Positions 1 to 9,697 of a stretch of 64,000 nt of DNA are shown piece after piece. Both the position numbers and the translations under genes were made by a program. The notes under the pieces were generated by a model. That model was given only the letters and a program-made list of their open reading frames with translations. It did no database searches and was not told the DNA's origin. The number at the start of each line of letters is the position of its first letter. Within the stretch, counting starts at the first letter, position 1. The stretch is from the NCBI GenBank assembly GCA_002010065.2, contig MTMD02000002.1:224001-288000 (forward strand), read 5' to 3'. This DNA is from Candidatus Pyrohabitans jungbluthii (GTDB lineage: Archaea > Hydrothermarchaeota > Hydrothermarchaeia > Hydrothermarchaeales > BMS3B).

Positions 1-1
1 A

Positions 2-1174
2 CACACACTCATCACAATTTTCTTTGCTTATCTTTCTGCTAAAATTTTATCAAAAGAGCGTTCTGATTTAAATAAAGAATTTTCATTTTTGCTAATATTA
101 GCACCTTTACTACCCATGACTCGGTATGAGGGGTTGTTTTTGGTGATGGCTGTGAGCACCTTATTCATTATGAGGAAGCGGTTGCTTGAATCCTTCCTGT
201 TGATCTCACTAAGTCTTGTCCCAATTGTAATATACGGTTTAATCTCGATCTCTAATGGATGGTATTTCTTCCCAAATTCAATTCTTATTAAAAATAATAT
301 ACCTGTAATTTCTTCTGTAGGCATTTGGAATTTTATTTATCTATTTATTACTCGAATATCAGAATCCCACATTTTAATTCTCATATTTACCACTTCAATT
401 CTTTTTATTCTGAAATTTATCAGGTCAAATACTCTCTGGAGAGAGCAAACGATCCTCCTTTTTATTTTTATTACGACTGCCTTTTTGCATATGTTATTTG
501 CGAAGACTGGATGGTTCTATAGATATGAAGCCTACTTAATTGCCTTTGGTATATTTACCATCGCTCTAGAGGTACGGGAATATCTACCAGAAAAGCTATT
601 GTTTGACAAATATTTAATTCCGAAATACATAGCAATGATACTACTTATCTTTCTCTTTATCTCACCATTTGCAATAAGGGGATATGTATCTTCAATAATT
701 ACACCTCTTGCTACAAAAAATATCTATGAACAGCAGTATCAAATGGCTTTATTCCTTAAAGAATTCTATCAGGGAGAAACTGTTGCTGCAAATGATATCG
801 GTACAATCAACTTTATAGCAGATATTAAATGCTTGGATTTAAAGGGTTTAGGTAGTTTAGAAGTAGCTAAAGCAAAAAGAGAGAGTTCTTATAATACTGA
901 GTACATATACAAGTTAGCGAAGAACGAAGACGTAAAGATCGCAATTGTTTATGACCATTGGTTTGAGTCGTATGGTGGGCTTCCTCCCCAATGGATTAAG
1001 GTTGGAGAATGGAAAATCTCAAATAACGTGGTATGCGGAGGAGATACTGTTTCATTCTATGCAGTTGATCCTGAGGAGGAGGATAGATTGATCGAAAGCC
1101 TAAGAATATTTTCTTCAAAATTGCCAAAAAATGTTAAACAGATGGGAAAATACATTGAAATTAAACAAAAATAG
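2..1174 (+). CDS. Polytopic membrane protein, probable GT-C-fold glycosyltransferase (5' truncated by window edge)
   Basis: Frame open from position 2. Many TM segments, an early loop TRYEG, GWFYRYEAY, and a soluble C-terminal domain with DIG..DLKGL. AT-rich. Confidence 0.5.
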   Translation, partial: HTLITIFFAYLSAKILSKERSDLNKEFSFLLILAPLLPMTRYEGLFLVMAVSTLFIMRKRLLESFLLISLSLVPIVIYGLISISNGWYFFPNSILIKNNIPVISSVGIWNFIYLFITRISESHILILIFTTSILFILKFIRSNTLWREQTILLFIFITTAFLHMLFAKTGWFYRYEAYLIAFGIFTIALEVREYLPEKLLFDKYLIPKYIAMILLIFLFISPFAIRGYVSSIITPLATKNIYEQQYQMALFLKEFYQGETVAANDIGTINFIADIKCLDLKGLGSLEVAKAKRESSYNTEYIYKLAKNEDVKIAIVYDHWFESYGGLPPQWIKVGEWKISNNVVCGGDTVSFYAVDPEEEDRLIESLRIFSSKLPKNVKQMGKYIEIKQK

Positions 1175-1184
1175 GGGCAGATAC

Positions 1185-2318
1185 ATGAAAAAATCAAGAA
1201 TTGCGGTGTTAAAAACATCACCTGGAAGGATCTTGGAGGACTACTCCAAATTGATGCGTATGATAGAATATGGAAAATTTTTATCTAAAGATGTGAAAAC
1301 AATTTTAAAACTCAATTTATCTTGGACTTTATTTTTTCCAGCATGCTCCACACCGCCATGGCAGCTTGAAGGTATACTGAAAACTCTAAAAGAAGATGGA
1401 TACAATGATGTTTTGGCTGTGGAAAATCAAACTGTGGTAACACATCCCTGGAAAGGTGCTTATTATAACAAATGGCTTCCTATTCTCAAGCAATATAAAA
1501 CTAGGTTCCTACCATTGACAGATGTGGAGTGGGTAAATTATGAACCCAAAACAGAGATGCTTGCTATGAAAGATATATTCGAAAAAATATTAATACCAAA
1601 AATTTTAATCGGAAGCAATATAATTCATTTACCAACAATTAAGACACATGGGCACACGACCACGACCGGAGCGATGAAAAATGCTTTTGGCGGTTTAATA
1701 CCGAAATATAGGCATCACGCGCACCTGAAGATACATGAAGTCCTCGTTGATTTATTAGCTATTCAGAAAGAGATCCATAAAGGAATTTTTGCAGTTATGG
1801 ATGGTTGTGTTTGCGGAAACGGTGCAGGTCCAAGAACTATGGAGCCTTTTATTGGTAATATAATACTAGCAGGTGGAGATCAAGTAGCTATAGATGCAGT
1901 AGCCGCAAAGATAATGGGATTTGATCCTATGGAAGTGGATTACATTAAAATAGCCCATGATAGAGGATTAGGAGTTGGAGATATTGACCAGATCGAAATT
2001 ATTGGTATTGATAAAAAAGATCTCGAAAAACTAAACTTTGGTTTCATAACAAAAAAAAGCCTGGTAATTAAATGGGATCAGATATTAAGAAAGAATACGG
2101 CAAAAATCAAATGGATACATTATCTTCTGTTTTACTCTCCCATATTTAAATTTTTTATCTTTTTATCAGAATTGTATCATGATTGGATTTGGTATAATTT
2201 AATCGGAAAAAGAAAAATAAAGCAGTTTATGATAACTGAGTGGGGAAAATTATTTAGCAAATACGAATACGGCGAATTTCCAAAATTTAAGGAAGTTAAA
2301 GACTGGAACCCTTATTAA
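1185..2318 (+). CDS. DUF362 domain-containing (Fe-S-associated) protein
   Basis: KLNLSW, LPTIKTHGHTTTTGAMKNAFGG, GNGAGP and DQVAIDA motifs typical of DUF362. Start chosen at MKKSR. Confidence 0.75.
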   Translation: MKKSRIAVLKTSPGRILEDYSKLMRMIEYGKFLSKDVKTILKLNLSWTLFFPACSTPPWQLEGILKTLKEDGYNDVLAVENQTVVTHPWKGAYYNKWLPILKQYKTRFLPLTDVEWVNYEPKTEMLAMKDIFEKILIPKILIGSNIIHLPTIKTHGHTTTTGAMKNAFGGLIPKYRHHAHLKIHEVLVDLLAIQKEIHKGIFAVMDGCVCGNGAGPRTMEPFIGNIILAGGDQVAIDAVAAKIMGFDPMEVDYIKIAHDRGLGVGDIDQIEIIGIDKKDLEKLNFGFITKKSLVIKWDQILRKNTAKIKWIHYLLFYSPIFKFFIFLSELYHDWIWYNLIGKRKIKQFMITEWGKLFSKYEYGEFPKFKEVKDWNPY

Positions 2319-2344
2319 GAAGTTGTCAACAAGCTATTCATAAT

Positions 2345-2581
2345 TCAAAGATTAGCTATCTCCTCCTTTACACTGTTCTGCGTAACTTTTCCCGTGAGAA
2401 TCACACTTTCGTTTGTTTTTTCAGCGGTTGTTTTTGCTATTTCTTTGTAAATTGGTATGAATATAATTGCAGCTACAATAATGGCACCAGCAATAAGTAT
2501 GTACTCTACTGCTCCCTGTGCTTTTGTTTCCAAAGCAAAACTGTAAATGTTCTTTATAATAAAATCTTTAAATGATGCCAT
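2345..2581 (-). CDS. Type IV pilin with class III signal peptide
   Basis: ETKA|QGAVEY followed by a hydrophobic helix (Q+1, E+5); 78 aa. Confidence 0.85.
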   Translation of the reverse strand: MASFKDFIIKNIYSFALETKAQGAVEYILIAGAIIVAAIIFIPIYKEIAKTTAEKTNESVILTGKVTQNSVKEEIANL

Positions 2582-2639
2582 TTGCCTCCCTACGAAATAA
2601 AAAAGTACATGCAAAAAAGAAAAAAAGGTAGTAGTTAAT

Positions 2640-2849
2640 CTAGCTAAGGTTTGCTAACTCGTTGTTTACCACATTGCCGACAACCGTAGCAGTCTCCTCG
2701 ATGGTATTCTTAGTCTTATTTCCAGCAGTCTGTGCGATATTCTTGTATATCACGAAGATAACCACTGCAGCGACTATAATGCCGCCCGCCAGCAGGATGT
2801 ACTCAATCGCGCCCTGAGCCTTTTCCTCTTTTAAAAATTTTTTTAACAT
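2640..2849 (-). CDS. Type IV pilin with class III signal peptide (probable major pilin)
   Basis: MLKKFLKEEKA|QGAIEYILLAGGIIVAAVVIF. GGAGGTG ribosome-binding site and its own upstream TATA (TTATATA). Confidence 0.9.
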   Translation of the reverse strand: MLKKFLKEEKAQGAIEYILLAGGIIVAAVVIFVIYKNIAQTAGNKTKNTIEETATVVGNVVNNELANLS

Positions 2850-2956
2850 GTTTCGGCACCTCCTGTGGGACAAGATTTAAAGAAAATTATAGTTTTGCGC
2901 CTATATATAACTCTCGGTTACGTGGATGTATATCCTGGGTTTACAGTAATGCACAG

Positions 2957-3925
2957 CTAGAAGGCGGCGAGCATCCCGGGCATAAGACTCTTTACTCCCC
3001 AGAAAACGATATATGCTACTACACCCATCGGTAGCGCGAATTTAAATCCTTTTTTAAAATCACCGTACATAACAACTCCCATCATTATCCCCCCGCTTAC
3101 AGCTTGAGCCACAACGTAGAAAGAGAGCGCTGTCATAATGGAGTTGATCTCCTCCAGTGGAAACTGCTCCGCTCCACCTGTACCAGCCATCGCCTGCGTC
3201 ATAATCGTTGGCAGCGCACCCACAACGCCCATCACGAAGGGCCCTGCCATTAAGCTAGCCATCGCAAGAAAAGAAACCTGCTGCGAAGTCAGAGACTTGC
3301 GTTCGCGCTGAATCATGCGCACTGCTCTAATGTCCTCGCTCACTTCCTCAAGTACATCGCTTATTGGGCCACCGCTTTCTATTCCTTCCAGAAGCAGACG
3401 CATCGCTCGCTCTATCTGCTTTGAGCCGGTTCGCTTGGAAAAAGCAATAAGCGCATCCTTAAGAGGTCTGCCTCTGCGCATCTCAAGGGTTATCTGAGCG
3501 AACTCGTCGCTGAGAGCGCCGTACTCTGCCTCTGCAATCTCCTGAATCACCGCTTCCAGCACCAAGCCCGTGCGGATAGAAACCGCCATGTGGTGCAACG
3601 CGTCAGGAAGCATCTCCTCTATCTCTGCCCTTCGCTTGTCTGCCTGCATTTTGGGTATTGCAACCATGAGCGCTTCTGTGAATATAAATGCCCCAAGTCC
3701 GGCAGGGAGGTTTACAATAAGCGAGATTAGCACAAAAAGCACAACTCCGAGGGCGAAGAATATACCCATCCACTCACGGGCAGAGAAAGAGATGTTTGCA
3801 TTTGCAAGCATTATCTCCATAGAGATGAGAAATCGCCTGGGAACGAGAAACTGGGGAATGCGAAGCTTTTCGAGGATACTTCGCAGCCTGTTAACCTTAA
3901 CTTCTTCTTTCTCTGCCATTTTCAC
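2957..3925 (-). CDS. Type II secretion system F family / TadC-like pilus platform protein
   Basis: LPDALHHMAVSIRTG..YGALSDEF..RRGRPL T2SSF domain plus TM helices; in operon with the ATPase. Confidence 0.88.
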   Translation of the reverse strand: MKMAEKEEVKVNRLRSILEKLRIPQFLVPRRFLISMEIMLANANISFSAREWMGIFFALGVVLFVLISLIVNLPAGLGAFIFTEALMVAIPKMQADKRRAEIEEMLPDALHHMAVSIRTGLVLEAVIQEIAEAEYGALSDEFAQITLEMRRGRPLKDALIAFSKRTGSKQIERAMRLLLEGIESGGPISDVLEEVSEDIRAVRMIQRERKSLTSQQVSFLAMASLMAGPFVMGVVGALPTIMTQAMAGTGGAEQFPLEEINSIMTALSFYVVAQAVSGGIMMGVVMYGDFKKGFKFALPMGVVAYIVFWGVKSLMPGMLAAF

Positions 3926-5058
3926 ACCTTTGGTTCAAAGCGTTTGACCATGAAGGACATGTAGATGCCAACACCGAAAAAGGCGAGGTAGAGTATCCAC
4001 ATCACATTCGCAGGTATTGGAAGCCCCTTCATCGCTATGCCCATGGCTATTACAAGGGTTGTTATAAGCACAGGTGCCACAACAAGTGCAAACATGTACA
4101 TCAGCGAGAATGTATTCAAAATCTGTATGTAGTCTTTAAGCTTCATTCTCATCTCGGTTGCAACTTCCTCGGCAATTATCTTTAGCGTGTTTGCAAGATT
4201 TCCGCCAGTTCGCAGGGTTGAAATTATCTGGCGGGAAGCCTTCTTTAGTCCGGGTGAGTCTATGCGCAGGTTCATCCTGTCGTAGGCTTCCTCTATGGTT
4301 GCGCCGCGCTCTATTTCAAGTATTGCGCGCCTGAACTCCTCGCTGAGCACACCGTAGCCGCTCTGGGCGACGCTACGCATTGTTTCCAGCAAACCCGCGC
4401 CAGAGGTGAGTTGCGTTGCCATGTGTCTAAGCGCAAAGGGAAGTTCCCTTGAAAAGGCATCTGAGCGCGCTTTGACCTTAGATTTTGGGTAGATTCTCGC
4501 GTAGAAAAAGACGAAGACTCCAAGCAGGGGGCCCAGCACTATGCCGATGAGCGAGCCCAAAGCGCCGAGAGTGGCGGCGAAGAGTATGCTGAAGAGCACC
4601 GCGGAGGCAATAGCAACAATAACGCTCGCCCCTATCGCAAAGGCTATGTATTTGGATGCTGGCATGAGGATATTCGCCTTGTACAGGTCTTCCTGAATAT
4701 TTGCGAAGAATGACGAGGGTGCTCTTGTATAACCCGAAAAGAGGTCTGAAACAATGTTCACCAGCCTAGTGGCGAAGGGTTCGCGTAGCTCCTCACGCTC
4801 CGGAACAATCTCAAAAGGCTCCTCGCCAGGAAGCTCCTCCTCCAGGGCAACAGCCTCGCGAAGCTTAAGGAGCTTCTCTTCAATGGCGCGCTTTCTCGCC
4901 TCCTTCTCTTTTTCTTTCTTCTCCCGGAGCTTTTTTGCAGCTTCTTCCTGCTCAGATAGAGCAAGAGATACCTCCTGGGCTCTCCTGGCTACGCTCTCTA
5001 CACCGGTTACCGTCAGTTCACCTATTTTTTCTATCAGCCTTAATATTGCATTTGCCAT
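3922..5058 (-). CDS. Type II secretion system F family / TadB-like pilus platform protein
   Basis: ELPFALRHMATQLTSGAGL..YGVLSEEF..TGGNLA, with an N-terminal charged coiled coil. Confidence 0.88.
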   Translation of the reverse strand: MANAILRLIEKIGELTVTGVESVARRAQEVSLALSEQEEAAKKLREKKEKEKEARKRAIEEKLLKLREAVALEEELPGEEPFEIVPEREELREPFATRLVNIVSDLFSGYTRAPSSFFANIQEDLYKANILMPASKYIAFAIGASVIVAIASAVLFSILFAATLGALGSLIGIVLGPLLGVFVFFYARIYPKSKVKARSDAFSRELPFALRHMATQLTSGAGLLETMRSVAQSGYGVLSEEFRRAILEIERGATIEEAYDRMNLRIDSPGLKKASRQIISTLRTGGNLANTLKIIAEEVATEMRMKLKDYIQILNTFSLMYMFALVVAPVLITTLVIAMGIAMKGLPIPANVMWILYLAFFGVGIYMSFMVKRFEPKV

Positions 5059-5059
5059 C

Positions 5060-8000
5060 TTATTCCCCTATGCTCTTGTGAAGTTCAATCTCCTGCAGAA
5101 AGCCTTCGGGGTCTGAGTAGTACCTGTTGAATGTCTTCGAGACATCTCTTATGTCTGTTATATGATTCTCAACCATCCATGATAAGACTTTCTCCCTTCG
5201 CTTGAGCTCTTCCTCCAGGTCTTTCATGGAAATACCTTTCAAGCGGGCGATTTTCTGCTTCAGCACGCTTGGCTGCCCAGTCGCTACCAGGTCGTCCTTC
5301 TTGGGGTCCCACTCATAAACGTTGTTGAGGCTCACCTTTCCCTGATCGTCACTCACCACCTCTGCCACTTCGGTTATTCTTCGCAGAGTCTTGCCCTCGT
5401 GGTAAATCTTGTTCTGCATGAGTATTAAATCGAGGGCGGGGAGCATTATCTCGGGCACCTCCATGGGCGGGTTTGTGAGCCTTATCAGGGTCTCCTTGGC
5501 AGAGTTCGCGTGCACAGTGCCCATGCAGCCATCATGACCAGTGTTCATGGCAGTGAAGAGCGTCCTCGCCTCGCGTCCGCGAACCTCGCCCACAATAATG
5601 CGGTCAGGACGCATTCGTAGCGTGTTCTTCACCAAGTCGTCCATTGTAACCTCGCCCTCACCCTCAACGTTGGGCGGGCGTGTCTCGAGGCGAACTACAT
5701 GCTCAATCGGAAGTGTAAGCTCTGCGGTATCTTCAATGGTTATTACACGCTCAGTCTCGGGTATGAAGGAACACAGCACGTTGAGCGTTGTTGTCTTACC
5801 ACAGCCTGCACCTCCGGCGGCGAGAATATTGCCCGGCTTTATCCCCAGCCCTTCCACCACCAACCACAGGTAGGCAGCCACCTCTATGTTCAAGGTGCGG
5901 AACTCTATGAGGTTCACCACTGTCAAAGGCTGCGAGCGGAACTTTCTTATTGTTATTGTAGGCCCATCTAGGGAAATTGGGGGTATGGTTGCGTTCACAC
6001 GCGAGCCATCACTGAGACGGGCGTCCAGCAGCGGCGAAGATTTGTCTATCCTTCTTCCAACAGATGCAGCGATCTTCTCGATTATTCTTATTATCTCCTC
6101 ATCTGTATCAAAGACAATGTTTGTTTTGCAGTTTCCGTAATTGCGGTGGTTAACATAGACCGGCTTCTTCGTGCCTATGACCATTATCTCCTCAAGCTGG
6201 TCGTCGCTGAGCAGAAACTCAAGTAAGCTATAGCCCACCATGTTGTTGACCACAAGCTTGGCTATGTCCTTGCGCTTGGCCATGCGCACTTCTGGGAAGT
6301 AGCGCTCTATGACCTCGAGAACACGCTGCATGAATATTCGCTTTCTCTCCTCTCTGTCGGTTATGCTTTCCGGGTCTATGTTTATCTCCTTTACCGCGCG
6401 ATTCTCTATCTCCTCCAGGAGCTGCTTTTCGCGAGAGGAGAGCTTGGGTAAGGGCACGAGGTAGTGGGGATTTTTCTCATTCTCCAACTTCACTATCTTA
6501 CGATGTGCATTGTGGTCAAGCACTGTCTCCTTTACGTCTCCCTTCTCTGAACCCAAGAGAAGCAGATAGCTTCGCCTCCGCCTCTTTGCCTCCTCTTCTC
6601 CCACCTCTTTATCAGACTCTATCCCCTCAATCTCCTTGAGAAGCTGCTCGGGGTTAGTGTAATACTCCCTTATTACCCTCCCCACCTCCTTAATGCCGCG
6701 CAAGTTGTTCTCGACCATGTACTCCAGAACCTTTTTCCTGCGCTCTATCTCGGCGTCCACATCCTTAAGTGAGACGCCGCGAAGCTCTGCGATTTTGCTC
6801 TTTAAAAGGCAGGGCACTCCAGTGGGCTTTATGGTGTCATCGCGGGGGTCCCACTCGTAGATTATGTTTATTTTTACCTCTCCGTTTTCGATTCCAACAA
6901 CCTCGGCGATCTCAGTTATCCTTCTCACCGTCTTGCCCTTGTAGGAGAAGCGGTTCTGCATGAAGATGAAGTCAAGAGAGGGGATCATTATTTTTGGCAC
7001 ATTCATTGGCGCAGAGGTGAGCCTGGTTATGGTCTCTCGCGCTGTGTTCGCGTGCAGCGTGCCTAGGCAGCCGTTCTGCCCTGTGTTCATCGCCGCCAGC
7101 AGAGTTCTCGCCTCAGCGCCGCGCACCTCACCGACGATGATGCGATCGGGACGCATACGCAGTGTGTTCTTCAGCAGCATCTCCATGTTTATCTCGCCTT
7201 TGCCCTCCACGTTCGGTGGCCTCGTTTCGAGGCGAATCCAGTGCTCCAGAGGTAGCTGAAGCTCCGCCGTGTCTTCTATTGAGATAACCCTGTCTGCTGG
7301 GGGTATAAAGCTGCCCAGGCAGTTGAGCGTCGTCGTCTTGCCGCTGCCGGTGCCGCCGCTCACTAGGAAATTTGCAGGCTTTACGCCATAGCCCTCTGCG
7401 ACCAGCCAGAGAAAGGCCGCTAGCTCAGTGGTCATGGTGCCGAATTTTATTATGTCTACAACCGTGAGGGGGTCTTTCCTGAACTTTCTTATGGTAAGGG
7501 AAGGTCCGTCAAGAGAAACGGGACGAATAGTGGCATTTACACGCGAGCCGTCAGGGAGGCGGGCGTCGAGCAGCGGAGAGGTGAGGTCAACCCTCCTGCC
7601 GATGGTTCTCGCAATCCTATTTATTATCTTCTCAATCTCCGCGTCGCTCTCAAAGACAATGTTGGTTTTGCACATTCCGTGCTTCCTGTGGTACACGTAC
7701 ACGTGTTTTTTGGTGCCCACTACCATTACCTCTTCAAGGGCATCGTCGTTGAGCAGCGGCTCCAGTAAGCCATAGCCTATCATGTTCTGAACTATCAGCT
7801 CGGCGAAGGCGTGCTGCTTGTGCTTTGGTATATTGGGGTACTTCAGGTCAATTAGAGCCACAACTTCCTTGAGAAAAGCCTCTCTTCTCTTTTCTCTATC
7901 CAGAAAACTCTCAGGGTCAATGGTTATCTCGGCCACGGCACGACGTTCAATGTCTTTCAAAATCTTTTTGTCTTTCTCGGTTAATTCCGGCAGAAATACA

Positions 8001-8314
8001 ACGTATATTGGTAACTTTTCTCCAGGTTTTCTTACTATACGGTGGTCTTTTGCCTCCTCTAGGATCTCTCCGATCACCTCGTCACCGATTCGGCGAATTT
8101 TATCAAAGCTATCTAGGTAGCTGCCAGCCTCCTCCCTCGCAGCGTCCAGAAGACCACCAATCGAGCGCTGGGTGTGTGCTACCTCACCTCGTGTAACCTT
8201 GAAATCAAACCTATTTTTAGGGCTTTCTCCCTGAGCAGCTCCACTAAGAATTCCAGTAATATCTTTACCTTTTCCTTTTTTCTTTTTCTCAAAGTCAAAG
8301 AAGTCATAAGGCAT
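5060..8314 (-). CDS. Type IV pilus assembly ATPase (TadA/CpaF family) with two tandem ATPase modules
   Basis: Two Walker A motifs (GGTGSGKTT, GGAGCGKTT), two IEDTAEL Asp boxes and two LRMRPDRIIVGEVRG Walker B regions in one 1084 aa ORF. Confidence 0.92.
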   Translation of the reverse strand: MPYDFFDFEKKKKGKGKDITGILSGAAQGESPKNRFDFKVTRGEVAHTQRSIGGLLDAAREEAGSYLDSFDKIRRIGDEVIGEILEEAKDHRIVRKPGEKLPIYVVFLPELTEKDKKILKDIERRAVAEITIDPESFLDREKRREAFLKEVVALIDLKYPNIPKHKQHAFAELIVQNMIGYGLLEPLLNDDALEEVMVVGTKKHVYVYHRKHGMCKTNIVFESDAEIEKIINRIARTIGRRVDLTSPLLDARLPDGSRVNATIRPVSLDGPSLTIRKFRKDPLTVVDIIKFGTMTTELAAFLWLVAEGYGVKPANFLVSGGTGSGKTTTLNCLGSFIPPADRVISIEDTAELQLPLEHWIRLETRPPNVEGKGEINMEMLLKNTLRMRPDRIIVGEVRGAEARTLLAAMNTGQNGCLGTLHANTARETITRLTSAPMNVPKIMIPSLDFIFMQNRFSYKGKTVRRITEIAEVVGIENGEVKINIIYEWDPRDDTIKPTGVPCLLKSKIAELRGVSLKDVDAEIERRKKVLEYMVENNLRGIKEVGRVIREYYTNPEQLLKEIEGIESDKEVGEEEAKRRRRSYLLLLGSEKGDVKETVLDHNAHRKIVKLENEKNPHYLVPLPKLSSREKQLLEEIENRAVKEINIDPESITDREERKRIFMQRVLEVIERYFPEVRMAKRKDIAKLVVNNMVGYSLLEFLLSDDQLEEIMVIGTKKPVYVNHRNYGNCKTNIVFDTDEEIIRIIEKIAASVGRRIDKSSPLLDARLSDGSRVNATIPPISLDGPTITIRKFRSQPLTVVNLIEFRTLNIEVAAYLWLVVEGLGIKPGNILAAGGAGCGKTTTLNVLCSFIPETERVITIEDTAELTLPIEHVVRLETRPPNVEGEGEVTMDDLVKNTLRMRPDRIIVGEVRGREARTLFTAMNTGHDGCMGTVHANSAKETLIRLTNPPMEVPEIMLPALDLILMQNKIYHEGKTLRRITEVAEVVSDDQGKVSLNNVYEWDPKKDDLVATGQPSVLKQKIARLKGISMKDLEEELKRREKVLSWMVENHITDIRDVSKTFNRYYSDPEGFLQEIELHKSIGE

Positions 8315-8473
8315 GATATCAGCCTTAAAATGATTATCTAACTCGGGGGTTATTTATAACTTATCTCCCTCATAGGTGTGCGCTTACAACCCCATGCAGC
8401 GAAGATAACGACTCCAATAAAAAGCCAAAAATATATATAGCGATGCTGGAAGAAATCTCACTGGTGATCTCAG

Positions 8474-9697
8474 TTGGGACTGCCCACACTGGATGGAGCA
8501 AAGCTACAAGACAAGCGCGTCTTGATGCGCATCGACATAAACTCGCCAATTGAGCCGAGCACCGGTGCAATCCTCGACGACACAAGGATAAGGAGTCACA
8601 TCGCAACCATAGAAGAGCTTTCACATGCGAAGCTGGTTCTGCTTGCCCACCAGAGCCGTCCGGGACTTGAGGATTTCACTACACTAGAGGCACACTCGCA
8701 GCGCCTCGCGAAGCTTCTGGGCAAGGAGGTGCGCTACATTGATGACGTCTTTGGTAAAGCTGCGAGGGAGGAGATATTCCGCCTGAAGAGCGGCGAGGTG
8801 CTCATGCTGGAGAACGTTCGCTTCTGCAGTGAGGAGGTGGCAGAGGAGGTTAAATCAAAGCCTCCGGAAGCTCAGGCGAAGACAAACTTAGTGAGGAAGC
8901 TTTCCTCATACGTTGACGCGTACGTCAACGATGCCTTCGCAGTTGCGCACCGCTCGCAGCCAAGCGTTGTTGCCTTTCCAGTGGTTCTCCCCAGCTATGC
9001 TGGAAGGCTCCTCGAAAAAGAGGTGGAAAATCTGAGCAGGGTTTTGAAGAGTGACGCTGAGCCCAAGGTTTTCAGCTTTGGCGGAGCCAAGGCGAAAGAC
9101 TCCTTGAAGGTTATGGAGAAGCTTTTGAGTCGTGGCATAGCTGATATTATACTCACCTCAGGAATGGTCGCGAATGTGTTTCTCCTCGCGCAGGGTAAGG
9201 ACATAGGCGAGGTTAATCTTAGGGTGGTGAAGGAGAGGGGATTTGACACGCTTGTAGAGAAGGCAAAGAAGCTTCTGGAAAAGTACGGGGAGAAGATTCA
9301 GGTTCCAACAGACCTGGCTTTTAAAAGAGACGGCTCACGGGCAGAGACGAGCGTTGACAATCTCCCCAATCAGAAGATTATGGACATAGGCATCGATACC
9401 ATCGCAAGATATACGAAAATAATCGAAAACGCTGCCATAGTGGCTGCCAACGGTCCGGCAGGGGTTTTTGAGATAAAGGAGTTTGCCCTGGGAAGCCAGG
9501 AGCTACTGAAAGCTATGGCGAGGTGCAAGGGCTTTACAGTAATAGGCGGGGGACACCTCGCTGCTATAGCAGCGAAGCAGGGGCTGAGGGAAAAGATATC
9601 CTTCATAAGCACCGGCGGCAAGGCGATGCTTCTCTTCTTAGCTGGAGAAAAGCTCCCTGGTATAGAAGTGCTCAGGGAAGCGAGGGGCTATGACTAG
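8474..9697 (+). CDS. pgk: Phosphoglycerate kinase
   Basis: RIDINSP, LAHQSRPG, LENVRF, VNDAFAVAHRS, GGAK, GGGH, STGG motifs. TTG start with GGTGA RBS. Confidence 0.97.
   Translation: MGLPTLDGAKLQDKRVLMRIDINSPIEPSTGAILDDTRIRSHIATIEELSHAKLVLLAHQSRPGLEDFTTLEAHSQRLAKLLGKEVRYIDDVFGKAAREEIFRLKSGEVLMLENVRFCSEEVAEEVKSKPPEAQAKTNLVRKLSSYVDAYVNDAFAVAHRSQPSVVAFPVVLPSYAGRLLEKEVENLSRVLKSDAEPKVFSFGGAKAKDSLKVMEKLLSRGIADIILTSGMVANVFLLAQGKDIGEVNLRVVKERGFDTLVEKAKKLLEKYGEKIQVPTDLAFKRDGSRAETSVDNLPNQKIMDIGIDTIARYTKIIENAAIVAANGPAGVFEIKEFALGSQELLKAMARCKGFTVIGGGHLAAIAAKQGLREKISFISTGGKAMLLFLAGEKLPGIEVLREARGYD

Noticed and set aside
5060-8314. Intein as the explanation for the oversized ATPase
   Set aside because: The extra length is a second complete ATPase module; no intein splice or LAGLIDADG motifs were seen.
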